DNA of 61,796 nt, filler included, from Sphacelaria rigidula (Eukaryota): NCBI GenBank assembly GCA_964200075.2. It is 8 parts of 8 records of this genome, joined end to end, with 100 filler letters (N's around TTAATTAATTAA, not from the genome) between each part and the next. Parts side by side here need not be neighbours in the genome. Positions count along the whole stretch, not along the records: positions 7,739 to 15,376 come from CAXNAA020013992.1; positions 15,477 to 23,113 come from CAXNAA020013993.1; positions 23,214 to 30,850 come from CAXNAA020013994.1; 5 more parts are not named here. The stretch is one strand, 5' to 3'. Position numbers and translations under genes: made by a program. The notes under the pieces are model-generated. The model made no database searches, was not told the origin of the DNA, and saw only the letters and a list, made by a program, of their open reading frames with translations. Below, piece by piece: positions 13,201-25,259 of the stretch (its first letter is position 1; every line of letters begins with the position of its first letter).

Positions 13201-13451
13201 CCCTCAGCAGGACGAGATCCTTCGGCAGGAGAAGAGCTGGTGGCGGGGCGAGAAGAAGTCGACTCCCCTCCATCCTCCTTGTTCTCGTCTCCATCGCTCT
13301 CGTACACTTCCTCCTCGACCCGCTGCGTCCTTTTCATGCCTGCACTTCGCCCTCCGGCAAGTTTTGCCCGCGCGATCTTCGCCTCGAGTAAGTCCAAATT
13401 CTCCTTCCAACGGTCGTAGGCGCGTTGTAGATTTTCATCCTTTTCAACTTT
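13150..13451 (-). CDS. Probable upstream exon of the MTase-like gene (helical, then acidic/Ser-rich, ending in CxxC)
   Basis: Pyrimidine-rich acceptor ...ggttttctcgcag, open frame KVEKDENLQRAYDRWKENLDLLEAKI...GNVCSTCKADPNS, donor AG/gtatca. Linkage to the downstream exons is not resolved. Confidence 0.5.
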
Positions 13452-14339
13452 CTGCGAGAAAACCAGCAACAGTGCGGAGAGGCTCACGACGGTCAGAGGA
13501 GGTGCCGTGTTTGTTCCTTCATGGAGAGAGTGGTAACATTTTATGCAGTCAACGACGCCACGGTAGGGTGTATAGTGTGTAGAAAGGAAGGCGGCACGGA
13601 CGGTTGATCGGTGGAGGCTCAAAGCTGAGGCTTGACCCGAACAGTCGACGAACGTAGTATTATGTGGAGGTAATGCGCCAAGTACAATGAGGAGGACATA
13701 TCAGAAACAAGCATGGTGCGCACGTTCAATACGTGAATCGTTTGCGGTATTCCACAGCACTGGTGGACGAGGAAACGGGGAATTCTTGCCGTTTTCCGCT
13801 GAATTTCTGTCAAGCATCATCCACTGCTGCGCTATCATTAGTGGATGTACGCATCAGTTACTACTATGCTATGGGTGGACACACATGCGCATTAGCGTAT
13901 GACATATCCACGTCGTACTCCATGTTGTGAGCGGGGTCTGCCCAAAAAAATGAAAAAATGAACGCAGACCCGTCGGAAGTGGTATGGTACGTGATCCTGC
14001 AAAGTACTTCTTCCAGCACTTAGTCAAGGAGCCTCACATCAGAGAATCACGGCACCAGCCCCTACCCTCCCCCCGCAGCGATCGAAAACAAGTAAATTAC
14101 TACATCACTTTGGCAAAACCTTACTCTTCCTGTTTCTTTACCATTATACGTAATTGAACGATCATTTCCATCACCTAGGGTTCGCCTCGACTTGAGCAGC
14201 CAAGAACCGAGGAGTTTGGGTGTGTCAATTGTTTTTGTGGCCATACGGGGAGAAAATTTTGATGAATTTTGAGTCGGAGTAATCGATAGATAATAAACAA
14301 GGATACTCTCACATTTTTTTAACTTGCGAGCATCACGGG

Positions 14340-15265
14340 TGTCTACAAAGTACAGCCTCTACTTGTACGGTAGGCAGTAGTAGTGTGGTGCTTTGAAAAA
14401 TAACACTTCATACCCTGCTGTGTACATTAATGCTGTACTGTACTGTTGCACTGACCACCATTCGAGCCGTCAATTTGCATCTCAACCAGCCGCACTGTGT
14501 GCCATTTACCGCAATTTTTTCTGGGGCTTGTCCCTTCAGTCTGAGTGCCATGTTCTATGCATCTGCGCGTGCTATATACCAAATGCCCTCGAATCCCATG
14601 ATCAGAACGGTGTGGAACCACAGACAGAACCGATAAGACCGGCGCGAAATACGAGGCTGCCTTCCGACCCGCCTACAAATTACGGTATACCTCGTATTGT
14701 GTTTACAAAGTACAGCCTGTACTTGTACCGCAATATAGTAATTACGGTGTAAATACTACCGTACTGTATCGTGCACCACCCTGATAGTGCACTGTACTGT
14801 ACTTTTGTTGTGATCCCGTTCCACCCGTCAAATCTGCATCGTTACCGGCTGCACCGTGTACCACTACCGTGTATTCACAAAGTAACTACGAGTTCTGTAC
14901 TACTGAAGAAGTACAGGCTGTCCTTTGTGAACACAGTACGAGGTACACCGTCCTTTGTAGGCGGCTCGGGACGTAGCGTCGCATTTCGCTGCGGTGTTAC
15001 CGGCTCCGTCTGTGGTTCTACACCGTCCTGACTAGGGTTCACGGATACTTTTGTGTATGGTACATGCAGTTGCAAAGGACATGACAGACAGACTGAAGGG
15101 ACAAGTTCCAGAAAAAATTGCGGTAGCCGGTACACAGTGCAGCTGGTTGAGATGCAAATTGACGGCTCGAACAGTGGTCAGTGCCCAACAGTACAGAACA
15201 GTACAGCACCAAGGTGGTACGGCAGGGCATCCAATATAGTTTTCACAAAATACTTCACTACTACT
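14340..15265. repeat. Foldback: ~360-bp unit present in tandem and then inverted (arms ~14375-14740 and ~14895-15265)
   Basis: gagccgtcaatttgcatctcaaccagc (~14464) vs gctggttgagatgcaaattgacggctc (~15142); aaagtacagcct repeats directly at ~14347 and ~14707. Confidence 0.85.
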
Positions 15266-15476
15266 ATCGTCGTCATCCATCGCTCAAGGGGGGTACCCCC
15301 TCTTCAAATTGGGGAACCCCCCCCCCTCCTACTGTTTAGCCTGGTCCGGCGAGAACCCGGCGTGCTCCGTCCCGGCNNNNNNNNNNNNNNNNNNNNNNNN
15401 NNNNNNNNNNNNNNNNNNNNTTAATTAATTAANNNNNNNNNNNNNNNNNNNNNNNNNNNNNNNNNNNNNNNNNNNN

Positions 15477-17266
15477 ACTTCCTGACGCCACACGATGAGC
15501 ACGATGTCGTGGAGGCACTTCAGGATGGCAGAGTCTTTGGTGCGGCCGAGCTTCAACAGTTCACCATAGATGTCTTCCGTCCCAACGGCCTTACCGTTCG
15601 CCAGTTTTCCCACCGCTTGCTTCACTTCTGCCATCGAAGGCTCCACCGCGAGCGGTGTATACTCTGGCAGCTGTTCGATGAGATCGATGACAGAGTGATC
15701 AATTGTAGGTGAGGTTGCGTTTAACAGTATGTCAAACCATTCCTTCCATCGTTGCAGGATAGCTTGCTTGTCTCGCAACAGTTCGCCCGTCGCGCTCCGG
15801 ACGTAGGTTGATGCGCTCTGCTTCTTCCCTTCCAGTTCCAAGGACTGGATATGCTGGTACAGTCCTGCTTGATCCTTCTTGCGAACAAAGTCCGCGGTCC
15901 GGACTGTGAACTCGTGGACGAAGTTCTGCAGCTCAGCATCCTTCACCCGCTTGAACGCCTTTTCCGTCACCTTCAGCGCCTTCTTCAGTACAGTGTGTTC
16001 GGGATTTGCTCGTTGTTTTTTCCATACACTTTCACGGAGATCCCATACCTCTTGAAGGCGGTCCTGAGCTTGAGATGACTCACTGAAACCTCTAGATTGG
16101 GTTTTCTTGGCGCATCGAGGGAGTGTATCTGCGGCCGTCTGTCGCAGGGCGTTGGCGAAGGTAAATGCCATGTGGTTGACGTCCGTTACTGCGGGGGAAT
16201 CAGTGGCATTCGGGAGCTTAACGGCAATGGCCTGTGCAACAGTAGCTCTCCAGCTTCGGTCGGATGCGAGGGCTCGGCGGTCGAAACGCACTCCCCTATC
16301 CCCGCCTCTCGGTTGCGGTTGGCGGTTGGGGGCTGTCCGTCCAAGGAGACGGATGGCGGCAGAGACCAGACGATGGTCTGATTCCACCTCGGTGTGCACC
16401 GTGACATTTCGGACGAGTCTGCGGTCATACTGACGTACGAGGATGTAGTCCAGGCGCCAGCGGTGTTCGACCTTCGGCCCAGCATATGTGTACGCGGTCG
16501 AGCTTTCCCCGCGAATGGGTGTGCGAAAAAATGTGTTGGTGATGACCATTTTATTTTGCGCGGCGCATTTCAGGGGGCGTCTACCATTATCGTTCCGGGT
16601 GTCTCTGCCATACTCACCCAAAACCCGAGCGTCATCCATGTCTCCTACTTCTCTCTTTCCGGTACGAGCATTGGCATCCATCATTCGTCCTAGGTGCTCG
16701 TTGGTGGGGACTTCAGCGATGGAACTACAGCAAGTTTTCCGGAACGTGGTCTAATCAGAACCTTGTGCTGTCTCAGTAGGAGCATACCCTACAACGAAGG
16801 TTGTGGCAACTCTATGCCGGAAAGCTACTCGTACCTTCAGGCCCCTGGCACTCACGTGTTCGGGAGTGATGGCATCTGGACCCAGTTCGTTGGCGATAGA
16901 CTCCTTGATGGCAAGGCCGACTCCGAGCATTCCCGGTTCCCCCCCGTCTCCATGGTAGTGGCCGCTGCAGTGAACTATGTAGCCTGCTACCGGTGCATGG
17001 AAGGTTGCTCGTCCATCGCGACGGGTTTCTTGGAGGGCGAGGAAATCACAGTTGTACTTGGACGCAAAAAGCAGTAGGTCCTCTGCGTGGCCTGTGCCGT
17101 TGGAACCTCTCTCGGCCATGGTGCGTACATTCCGCGTGACCACCACCAACTCTTTGGATCGAGCCTCCGCCCTTGCAGCCTTATTACCATGTTTTCGCAG
17201 CACAGTGATGCGTGCCGCGACAGAGTGCGATCGGAACGTGAACCCGTCTTTTCCTGCAATGTTCAT
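15477..17266 (-). mobile_element. RTE-clade non-LTR retrotransposon ORF: APE endonuclease and pre-RT linker, one in-frame stop at 16751-16753, cut by the contig end
   Basis: Motifs TRNVRTM, LALQETR, GVGLAI, GYAPTE, DANARTG, VITNTFF, RLDYILV, ESDHRLV, then RWKEWFDILLN and EVKQAVGKLANGKAVGTEDIYGELLK; the two ORF-track segments share one frame. Confidence 0.92.
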
Positions 17267-18684
17267 GGGGGGGGTTTCACGCGCGGGACGTTGTCGTGGA
17301 CGGATCTCTCCTACTGTCGTCGCGTCACGTGAGCTCTTGCGGGGAAAACATCCGTCGAGAGTTTCCGTACGAGAGGTGCCTTCCAGTTTACAGTACAATA
17401 CAATGAGCGCGGTCACGACCTGTAGGGTACAGGAGTAACTGGAATATACCAGCAGTATACTGTGTACGGCAGTTTTTTGTGCAGGAGGCCATAAAATATA
17501 AGTGTATATCAACCATGTCGATGTACCGTAGTCCGCAGATATGTCTCGCCTGGTGAAGCGAGAGTTTGCTCTGCAACCAGCTGCAGCACCCAAAAAAGTG
17601 GTCAACTCAACCCGTTACTCGTACAGGCTGTCTGTTCGCGATCAAAGTTTTTACGTGCACAACAGCCGGCGAACTGTGGCAAAGTGCAGCACACCACACG
17701 CGTGTCTCACGACATCGCACAAGAAGAAGCGCGTATTGCAGCACAGCCCTCCAAGTTAACGTAGAGTCGGGGTTACAGAATGATGACCTCACGCGGAGCC
17801 TTTTCAACCGGCTGCCTTGGGTTCTTTCCAGCAGCATCTACAGACAACGAGGGAGATAACAGCGACGTGCAAGAACACAACTCCAACAAAATGGAAATTG
17901 GGCGCGAGTTGCGATTTCACGATCATTGCTGCGCAAAACGAACTTTCAATGCCACAAACGTCGGTCAATATGTACACTTTGCAAGCACGCAGTCACGGTG
18001 ACGTTGTCTGCACGCCTGTAACGACTTATCATCGCCTCCATATCGAGTGCGAAGCCCGGAGGATGATTGCTCCCTTGAGCTCAACTATTTTTGTGATCAC
18101 ATTTGCTCCACGTTCACACCCACAGTGCAGCAGAGCCTTCATTTTGCATCACCACCGGAAAGATAAAGGTTGAAAAGCGATTCGAACTCCAGTCGAGTGA
18201 TCAGGAGTTCACGTCGGGCCTGTGGCCCACTCAAGTGTATATTTGCGACGATAAATTATTGTTTGCGAGGATACATGATTTTTCCGCTTTTACTCACTAC
18301 TTCAGCCGCCGTACCTCGGTGGTGTAATATTAGTCGGGGTGTCAACATAATAGCGTTAATAAAGAGAACAAAGGTTCCAACCCCGACGCCTTGGAGTTTT
18401 TCTTCGTAATATCTGATTTCCACCGTCGAATGCGTGAGTACGGGAGTAAACAGTGCGGTTCACTGAGGTTGCTCGACAAGAGTTGACGCGATGCGGGAGT
18501 GCTGATGGTCCGCATGATGCAATCCGCGAGACAAACAATCTGATAATACCCTAGGTATGAAGCATCCGGTGAGTGGCGGTGTGGGATATTTCCAGCGGAA
18601 ACAAGAAGTCGGAATGCGCTAGTAATATTATATTATGTCTTTATCGATTAGATCGTGCCGCGTCATTACTATCAATAGCATTAT

Positions 18685-19460
18685 CACGCCTTCCCAAGCG
18701 TGTCATGAACGGTCGGCTTTCCACTCGAGGACCCAAGGAGGTCGGCCGCCCCCCCCAAGCAATGGCAGGATACCGGAAAGGATAACCTGCGTGCGCTAGG
18801 GGCTGTCCCGCACAAAGGAGCCCGACGAAAGTGGTTCGTCTACGGTGTAGATATTAACGGTGCATACGATTGGGTCACTGCGGCGAAGGACCTGGGCAAA
18901 TGGCATATTGGAGTCGAAAAGGAGGCGGAAGAGTTTGAGGGCACGTGGCGATGCGCAGACAAGCGAGAATCAGACCGCCGTCACAAGCGAGAGGCTGCTG
19001 CGTCGAGGGCTGCCAATCGGAAAATCCTGTCCTCTCATATCGGTTGTTGATCATGTTCTTAGTCGGTGGCTCTGCGGTACCCACTGGTGTGCGTCTGTAT
19101 CTACTCTGCTGCCCTGAATCCCTTGGGCCTTTTTTTTTCTTTATTTTTTTTTTCCATCGTTTCATTGTATTCTATTTTATTTGCTTTGTTCTTTCCTCTT
19201 GTTTTCCTTTTTCCTTGTTTCAGGTCGGCCATTTGTTTCCGTGCTCTGCTTGTGTTGACTTTTTTATTACTTCCTTTTTCTTGTCACGACTCAGTCTGCT
19301 ATGTCGTTCTGTTCGACCCCTCTTTCTTTTTTGTTTTTTTTCTCCGTTTTTTTTTGTTCCTTAGAGCGTGTTTCAGTTTCGTTTTTGTCGGGTACGTCTA
19401 TCATGAGACCACGGCTGGATCCCTGGGGGGTCAGTTAAAGTGTGACAATCAATCAATTTA
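18685..19460 (+). mobile_element. 5'-truncated RTE-type LINE 3' end with pyrimidine-rich UTR and (CAAT)n tail
   Basis: RLPKRVMNGRLSTRGPKEVGRPP resembles the RTE C-terminus; the tail gtgtgacaatcaatcaat and preceding ~60 nt recur inverted at ~22790-22870 and similarly at ~51770-51850. Confidence 0.65.
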
Positions 19461-19827
19461 TCAATCATTACTCTTCAGTATTATTATCAACATGATACTA
19501 TCACGAGCTGGGCCGGCCATCAGTGATTTTCAAACGAAGAGTGGGGATGCGTTCGGCTAATCGAAGAGTTAGGCGCTGAAATTTTGACACAACATTTTCA
19601 TCATCAATCCGCGCAACACTCCGAGTGGTGCAGGAGGGAAAAAAAAAAACCCCAGAAGTTAGAGCGAGTTGAAGTTTCAGCAAAAACAGGGAAAATGCTA
19701 TAACTTCCTAAAACAATGTTTTAAACGATGACAACGCTCGGGTACATACGGGCACTTGCGTCAACCACATCCTTGTGAAGTTTCAGCCAAAAATACGTAA
19801 AATTGGGGTTCGCGTCCCGCTTTTTGT

Positions 19828-19900
19828 GTGACCCCGGTGGTCAAACGGATACAACAGCCTCAAACTACACAGGTCATGAGTTCGAATCCTGCCATGACCA
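19828..19900 (+). mobile_element. tRNA-derived SINE head fragment
   Basis: ccccggtggtcaaacgg (A-box-like) and gagttcgaatcc (B box); resembles the heads at 49744 and 53209. Confidence 0.45.
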
Positions 19901-20956
19901 CTTTTTTTATTTTATTGGCATGACCACATGCATGATGCCATGCCCGTATCATCAGTTGCGGTACCCGCGTCCTACGATACAGCCGTGCACGCGCTGTAGG
20001 AGCTGCACGGCGCTTTTGCTTCGACCAGTTCTCATATCAAGCACGACCAACAACCTCTTATCGCAGAGTGTGGCCATGTCTTTTGTAGGAGGATGAAACG
20101 GGGCGGAGACAGCGGCGATTTCGCTCGGCAAACATGTCTTCTGTGATTTCGGGAGAACACTGTACAATCGTTTCAACGCAACAGCAGCTTTCATCGCTCT
20201 ATGAAACTTGCCTTCCGGGAGTGGTCTAGCAGGTTTTCTGCTGTTGGACAGCGACATCGAGTTGTGTTGTAGAGGTTGCAGAACTCCTCGACTGCTTTCG
20301 CCTGCACATATCGGTTGTTCGCGTGCCGGTGCGGCGGAATTTACTATCGTAATTCCACCGCATTTTGCGAAACGCAAGTCTCCAGACACGCTATCGCACG
20401 AAGAATTGGGACGTACTCGGTACTCAATGCAGTACAATAACATCATCGCCAAAAGTGCACCAATCGAGCGGCGGTGCCTATGTTAGCAGGTTAGTCTGCA
20501 GTTCACAGCGATGTGCTCAGGTCGTGCTGATTTGGGAAACTTGAAGAGTTGTAGTGACGACAGAGAATGCTGGGTTTATGGCCGGCCCAGCTCGTATTCA
20601 TGAGAATTATGGTCATTCGTTCTACAATCATAATTGACATTATTGAGATTAGTACGGAATCAAATAACGTCGGCTTTACCCATCGTAATGTCAACCATTG
20701 AGGTTAGCGCGGAATTTAACAACTTCGGCTTTAGTCATGACCATTGGTCATCACTTTTGCACATCCTTCATACCCGCGCAGTCACGGAGAAGAAATTATC
20801 ACGTTATTCATTACATGAAGAGATGACAATTTGCGAAAAGGATCAATTCCCACGAACGGGCGGGGCCAATAGTTTCGCCAATAATCCATGACTGTCATCA
20901 AAACTGCACGTCGTTCATACCCGCAGTCCTTGAGAATTTCCATGTGTTTTGTTGTA

Positions 20957-21466
20957 TAGTACTGGGCGCCTGAACTATTTTTTGTTCAGAAAGGTTTTCG
21001 TACTCTTTGACAGAACTCGAAAGTGCTGGCGTCGGTAGAGTTTGGTAGCCCGAACAAGTCGCCTTCCCCCCCGGTGCCCAAGTTAATGTTAGTTGGTGTT
21101 TTCGGGCGATACGACTAGAGACCCCGTTCATCAGGAGGGTGTTATTGAGCGTCAATCACGGTTTTTCGGCTCTGGTGCAATGAGTAGGTAGAATTTAAAA
21201 AAAAAAACTGTACATTTCTTCACAAATACGATCGGGAAAGGCTCGATCGACCGAAAATACCGAAGAGTCAGAATCTGGGCTGAAACATGTCAGGAACCCC
21301 GATGACCGCTCAGCCAATGGGTCATTCAATATTTGAGTACAGATTATTTTGTTTTGAGATCCCCAATGTGATGAGCGTTGGCAAGCGCAACAGCCTACGA
21401 GAATCGCCAACTACGAAGAAAGCTACCAACAAATGATAAAATGGAAAGTTCAGGCGCCCACTACTG
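20957..21466 (-). mobile_element. 510-bp MITE (copy 3) flanked by TA, Tc1/mariner-like
   Basis: TA|tagtactgggcgcctgaact ... agttcaggcgcccactactg|TA; its core is the reverse complement of copies 1 and 2. Confidence 0.8.
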
Positions 21467-22164
21467 TACGACGTACTGAAAATTTGAGGGGGGGGATCAA
21501 TTCCCACGAATGGGCGGGGCCGGAGCTGCCCCGACCTCGCCAGTGATATGGCTCGAAGCGTTTTGTCGACGCTGTCTACTGTCTTTTTCATGCACTTTTT
21601 CTCATCAATCATACCCGTAGTCCTGTAGACTGTTTCGTGCGTTTTGTTCTACTCGATAATGAAATCGCAGAAGAGGATAAAATTGTCACGAGGGCTTGGC
21701 AACGATACACCCGAGTCGCAAAAAGAGCCGGGCAGAGCCAGAGCTCCGCTCCGGCCCGACCGGCTTGTAGTATACATGTAGAATATTTCAAACTCACGAG
21801 CGCCAAGCATACTTTGTAACGAGGCGTCCACGAGATTAATTGCTGATTTTAGTGTGCAAGTTCCTCCGCACCCGCCCCGGGAGATGACTGTTGGAGCCAA
21901 TGCCAATGCTAGGGACCCAGTTAGCGGATTCGTGCTTGACTTTGTGCGGGGGTAGACATGCGTTCGCGACCGTTAGAACGGACGCGCGATCGCGGTGGTT
22001 CTGCAATGTTTCCGGCGGTTCATACTGGAATGAGTTCGTATTGTCCGCACCCGCCCGCACACGAGCTTCCCATAATGTTTATACATTGGAATTTTGATAG
22101 TAGCATATGTACAGTTTAGCATCTATTGAAGGTGGAATCTGGCGGGCCGGTTACAATATGTGCG

Positions 22165-22510
22165 TCTACCCTGCAGCTAGAAGGTAGTTTCGCTCATGTG
22201 AAAGAGGTCAGCATGGGTTCGAACCCCGCGTCGGCTGTTTCCTTCTGTTCGTGTAGGGCGTGAGTGAAAAAGCTCTGTTTCTTCACACCGAGAGTCCTCA
22301 GTATGTTAAGGTATTCTGTGGGTGAAATATGACATAATACATGTGCAAGACGTCGGTATGGGTTCGAACCCCGTGTCGGCTACATGTTTTTTGCTCGTAG
22401 CGCGTGAGTAGAACAGTTTCTTCACACCTGGAGTCGAGGTCGAGCCCTGGTTCGGGTATTTTTCCCCTGCTGGTGTTGCCGTATAAGAACACAGTTTTCC
22501 TACAACGGGA
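22165..22510 (+). repeat. Tandem tRNA-like (B-box) units, ~145-bp period, 2-3 copies
   Basis: atgggttcgaacccc(g)(c/t)gtcggct at ~22213 and ~22358, each followed by gcgtgagt...gtttcttcacacc. Confidence 0.55.
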
Positions 22511-23954
22511 GTCGATTATGTCTTCCATTGCAATCTTCGCACTTTTTCTCATCATTCGTACCCGCGGTCCTATTCCTCATCGTCTCGCAAATTTTGTTCC
22601 CATCATGATATTTTCCCTTCCCACTTCCATCAACCAACATCGTCTTTCTGTAAAGGAACACAAGATGTTACGACTTATCAACCGTCGCCCTCTTTCTCGG
22701 TCGCGCTGCACTCTTTCTCCTATGCACTTTTCCTCATCGTTCCACCCGCAACCCAGTACTCGAGTCTTTTTCGTCTCATTTCTTCCGTATGATTGATCGA
22801 TTGATTCATTGATTGTCGCACTTTAACTGACCACCCATGGGTCCAGCCGTGGTCGCATGAAAGACGTACGCAAGGAAAGCAAAACTGAAAACACTCGTTC
22901 AAGAAAACGGAACAGAAAAAAGTCGAACAGAACGACATAGTAGACTAAGGCCATTTCTTCCGGTTGGTTATTTCCCCTCGTTATTTGCAAATAACGAGTG
23001 AAAATAACAAGATGAATACTTACGGTTGGTTATTTCACAAGATTCTCGGGAAAAAAATACAAGACGGGGCATATTTTACGAGATGGGCGCTCTCGGCTTG
23101 TTATTTTTGAAAANNNNNNNNNNNNNNNNNNNNNNNNNNNNNNNNNNNNNNNNNNNNTTAATTAATTAANNNNNNNNNNNNNNNNNNNNNNNNNNNNNNN
23201 NNNNNNNNNNNNNTTGCCGTGCTATTTGGGTTTCGTTGGTCTCCCGTCTAATCGCACGCAGTCGGCTGGCCTCCTCTCATTGGCCTCCACATTGAAGCCA
23301 TCAATCAATCGACAGCAGTACTTTGTTCACGATAGCATTGACAGACCTTGTTTAGCACTAGAAGTGGTCGCATTCGCTCAGCCTTCGCCTGACGGAACAC
23401 CGCGTGCGTCTGCGCACACACGCCCTGCCGATTGAGAAGAGACGTGCGTAGGAGATGCTAGATGTTGACAAGGCAGTAGGAACTTTCTCTATTATAGTTC
23501 TGTCGACACATTAATTTCGAAAAGCACGCCTCGTATGTGATCGAGAACCAAGCGATCAGAGCACGAGCAGTGTGCCATGCGCCAACGCAAGGTCCGTTTC
23601 GTGGGGGAACGGCGGGGAAGGGGAGACAAATGGAATGACACATGAATAGGCCTCTTGGCCACGTGTATCATGCTATATTTTTGGCCTAGAGGCACACAAA
23701 CGGAAAGCAATTCGACGAACGTCGACGGAGTGCGGGAGATGCTTCTCAATCGCTGGATAAAAAAGTGCAAGAGGCAGGAACCGGGGGATGGATGAGCCGA
23801 TTCCCGTGAGACTACGGAGTCGTTCCGAGGAGGTGGGCGGGGCTATAAACTACGACCGAAAAACAAAAGAAGTGTCAGAGTACAGACACAAGAGTCATTC
23901 TCTTTTTCCGCGGATTTTTTTGGATCACGTACATACACATCATATTTTACGTAC

Positions 23955-25259
23955 CTCCAACACGTCCACAACAACCAGGGCGCAGTCACACAGCCGGGTC
24001 GCCGTGGACACGTCACAGCTGAAGTCAATATGCCCCGGAGAATCGATCAAGTTGATGAGAAAGTTATTCTTTGGAACTTCCGCGGGTTCGCTCGCTGACC
24101 CGCTCGGACCGGCTTCATTGTCGAGTGACGCTGCTGGCCCGGTAGCGGGTCGTTGCTTTTGCGGCATGGAGTACAGCAGGGATATCGCACTGGAGTGCAT
24201 CGTAATCCCTCGCTTTTGCTCATCTTCCCTGGAGATAGATCATGATTGTTTGCAAGGGGCCCAGTAGGGCGTTGGCAGTGTAAGCAAAGTTCCGGATCTG
24301 GGACTAGTATGCAGAACACACAGGTACGTCATGATAAAAACAGTAATGTCATGGAGAATACAGTTGTCACCGAGAGCGGAAAAAATGCAAATCAAACCTT
24401 AAGCGCACTTCTACTGTGAGCACAGGATACATCCATGATAATCAACGCATCGACTCTTGACAAATATCGGAGATTATATCGGGGATCCTTAGACCTAGGA
24501 TACTGTTCCGAATCTCGAGTACGGTGACGCCAACGGAAAACCGGTGCACCAAAAGCTGGCGACTACTGGCGACGCAACAATTTCATAGAAGCCGGAGAGT
24601 GCTGCAGGGAGGCCACCATTCCCTGGAAGCAGCAGCAATGAACAGCGATTCCCGACAACTGGGTGGCTTGTCGTGCTGAGGGCCAATGGTTGTCAAGCGG
24701 GCATTTCACCAACATAAGACGTACGCCGTTCTGCCCTTTCCCCGAGCAAAAAACAGCGCGTCTACGTGCTGTTGGTGATTTTAAAAAGGCAGCAGCACTT
24801 GTACGATACGGAGGCATGTGGGCGCATTGCTGTACTGCCCTCGGCGCACCGTGTATCCGCCGAGGCGCGCAAAGACATGGCAGGGTTCAACCCTTGAACT
24901 TCAACGGGTTGCTTGGACTGCACAACGGCAAGATCGTCAGCCTCAAGATACCAATTCCCCACCCGTGGCTGAATCCATGCCCAACGAAACAGCCTCGCGA
25001 ATCCCAGAGTCGAGGTGAGGTTTTTCACCTTGCCAGCTCACAACAGCTTTTTGCAAGCGGCAACTCGTGCACAATTCAAATAACTCTGGTGTGCCTGCAC
25101 CGGAGGTCAATGACCGCGGTCTTCGGTACACGACGAAGTAGCGATCGTTGGTTTGTTGAATACGCCATTATGGTTTCTCACGTGCTGTCGAGATATCTCA
25201 GCTTGCCAGCCAGCTTTGAGGAGATGATCCCATTGGAGCACACGAGCCCATCGGACAGC
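23955..25259 (-). CDS. EFL1: Elongation factor-like GTPase 1 (EFL1/Ria1), internal exons 25259-25182 and 24228-23955
   Basis: Spliced in phase: [43 protein letters not shown]...[42 protein letters not shown] and VSTA-x-RL favour EFL1 over eEF2. Confidence 0.9.

Noticed and set aside
13690-14040. Further upstream exons of the MTase-like gene (GSLTKCWKKYF..., IAQQWMMLD...)
   Set aside because: Coding-like, but they need stops or frameshifts and a 33-nt intron, so they cannot be supported.
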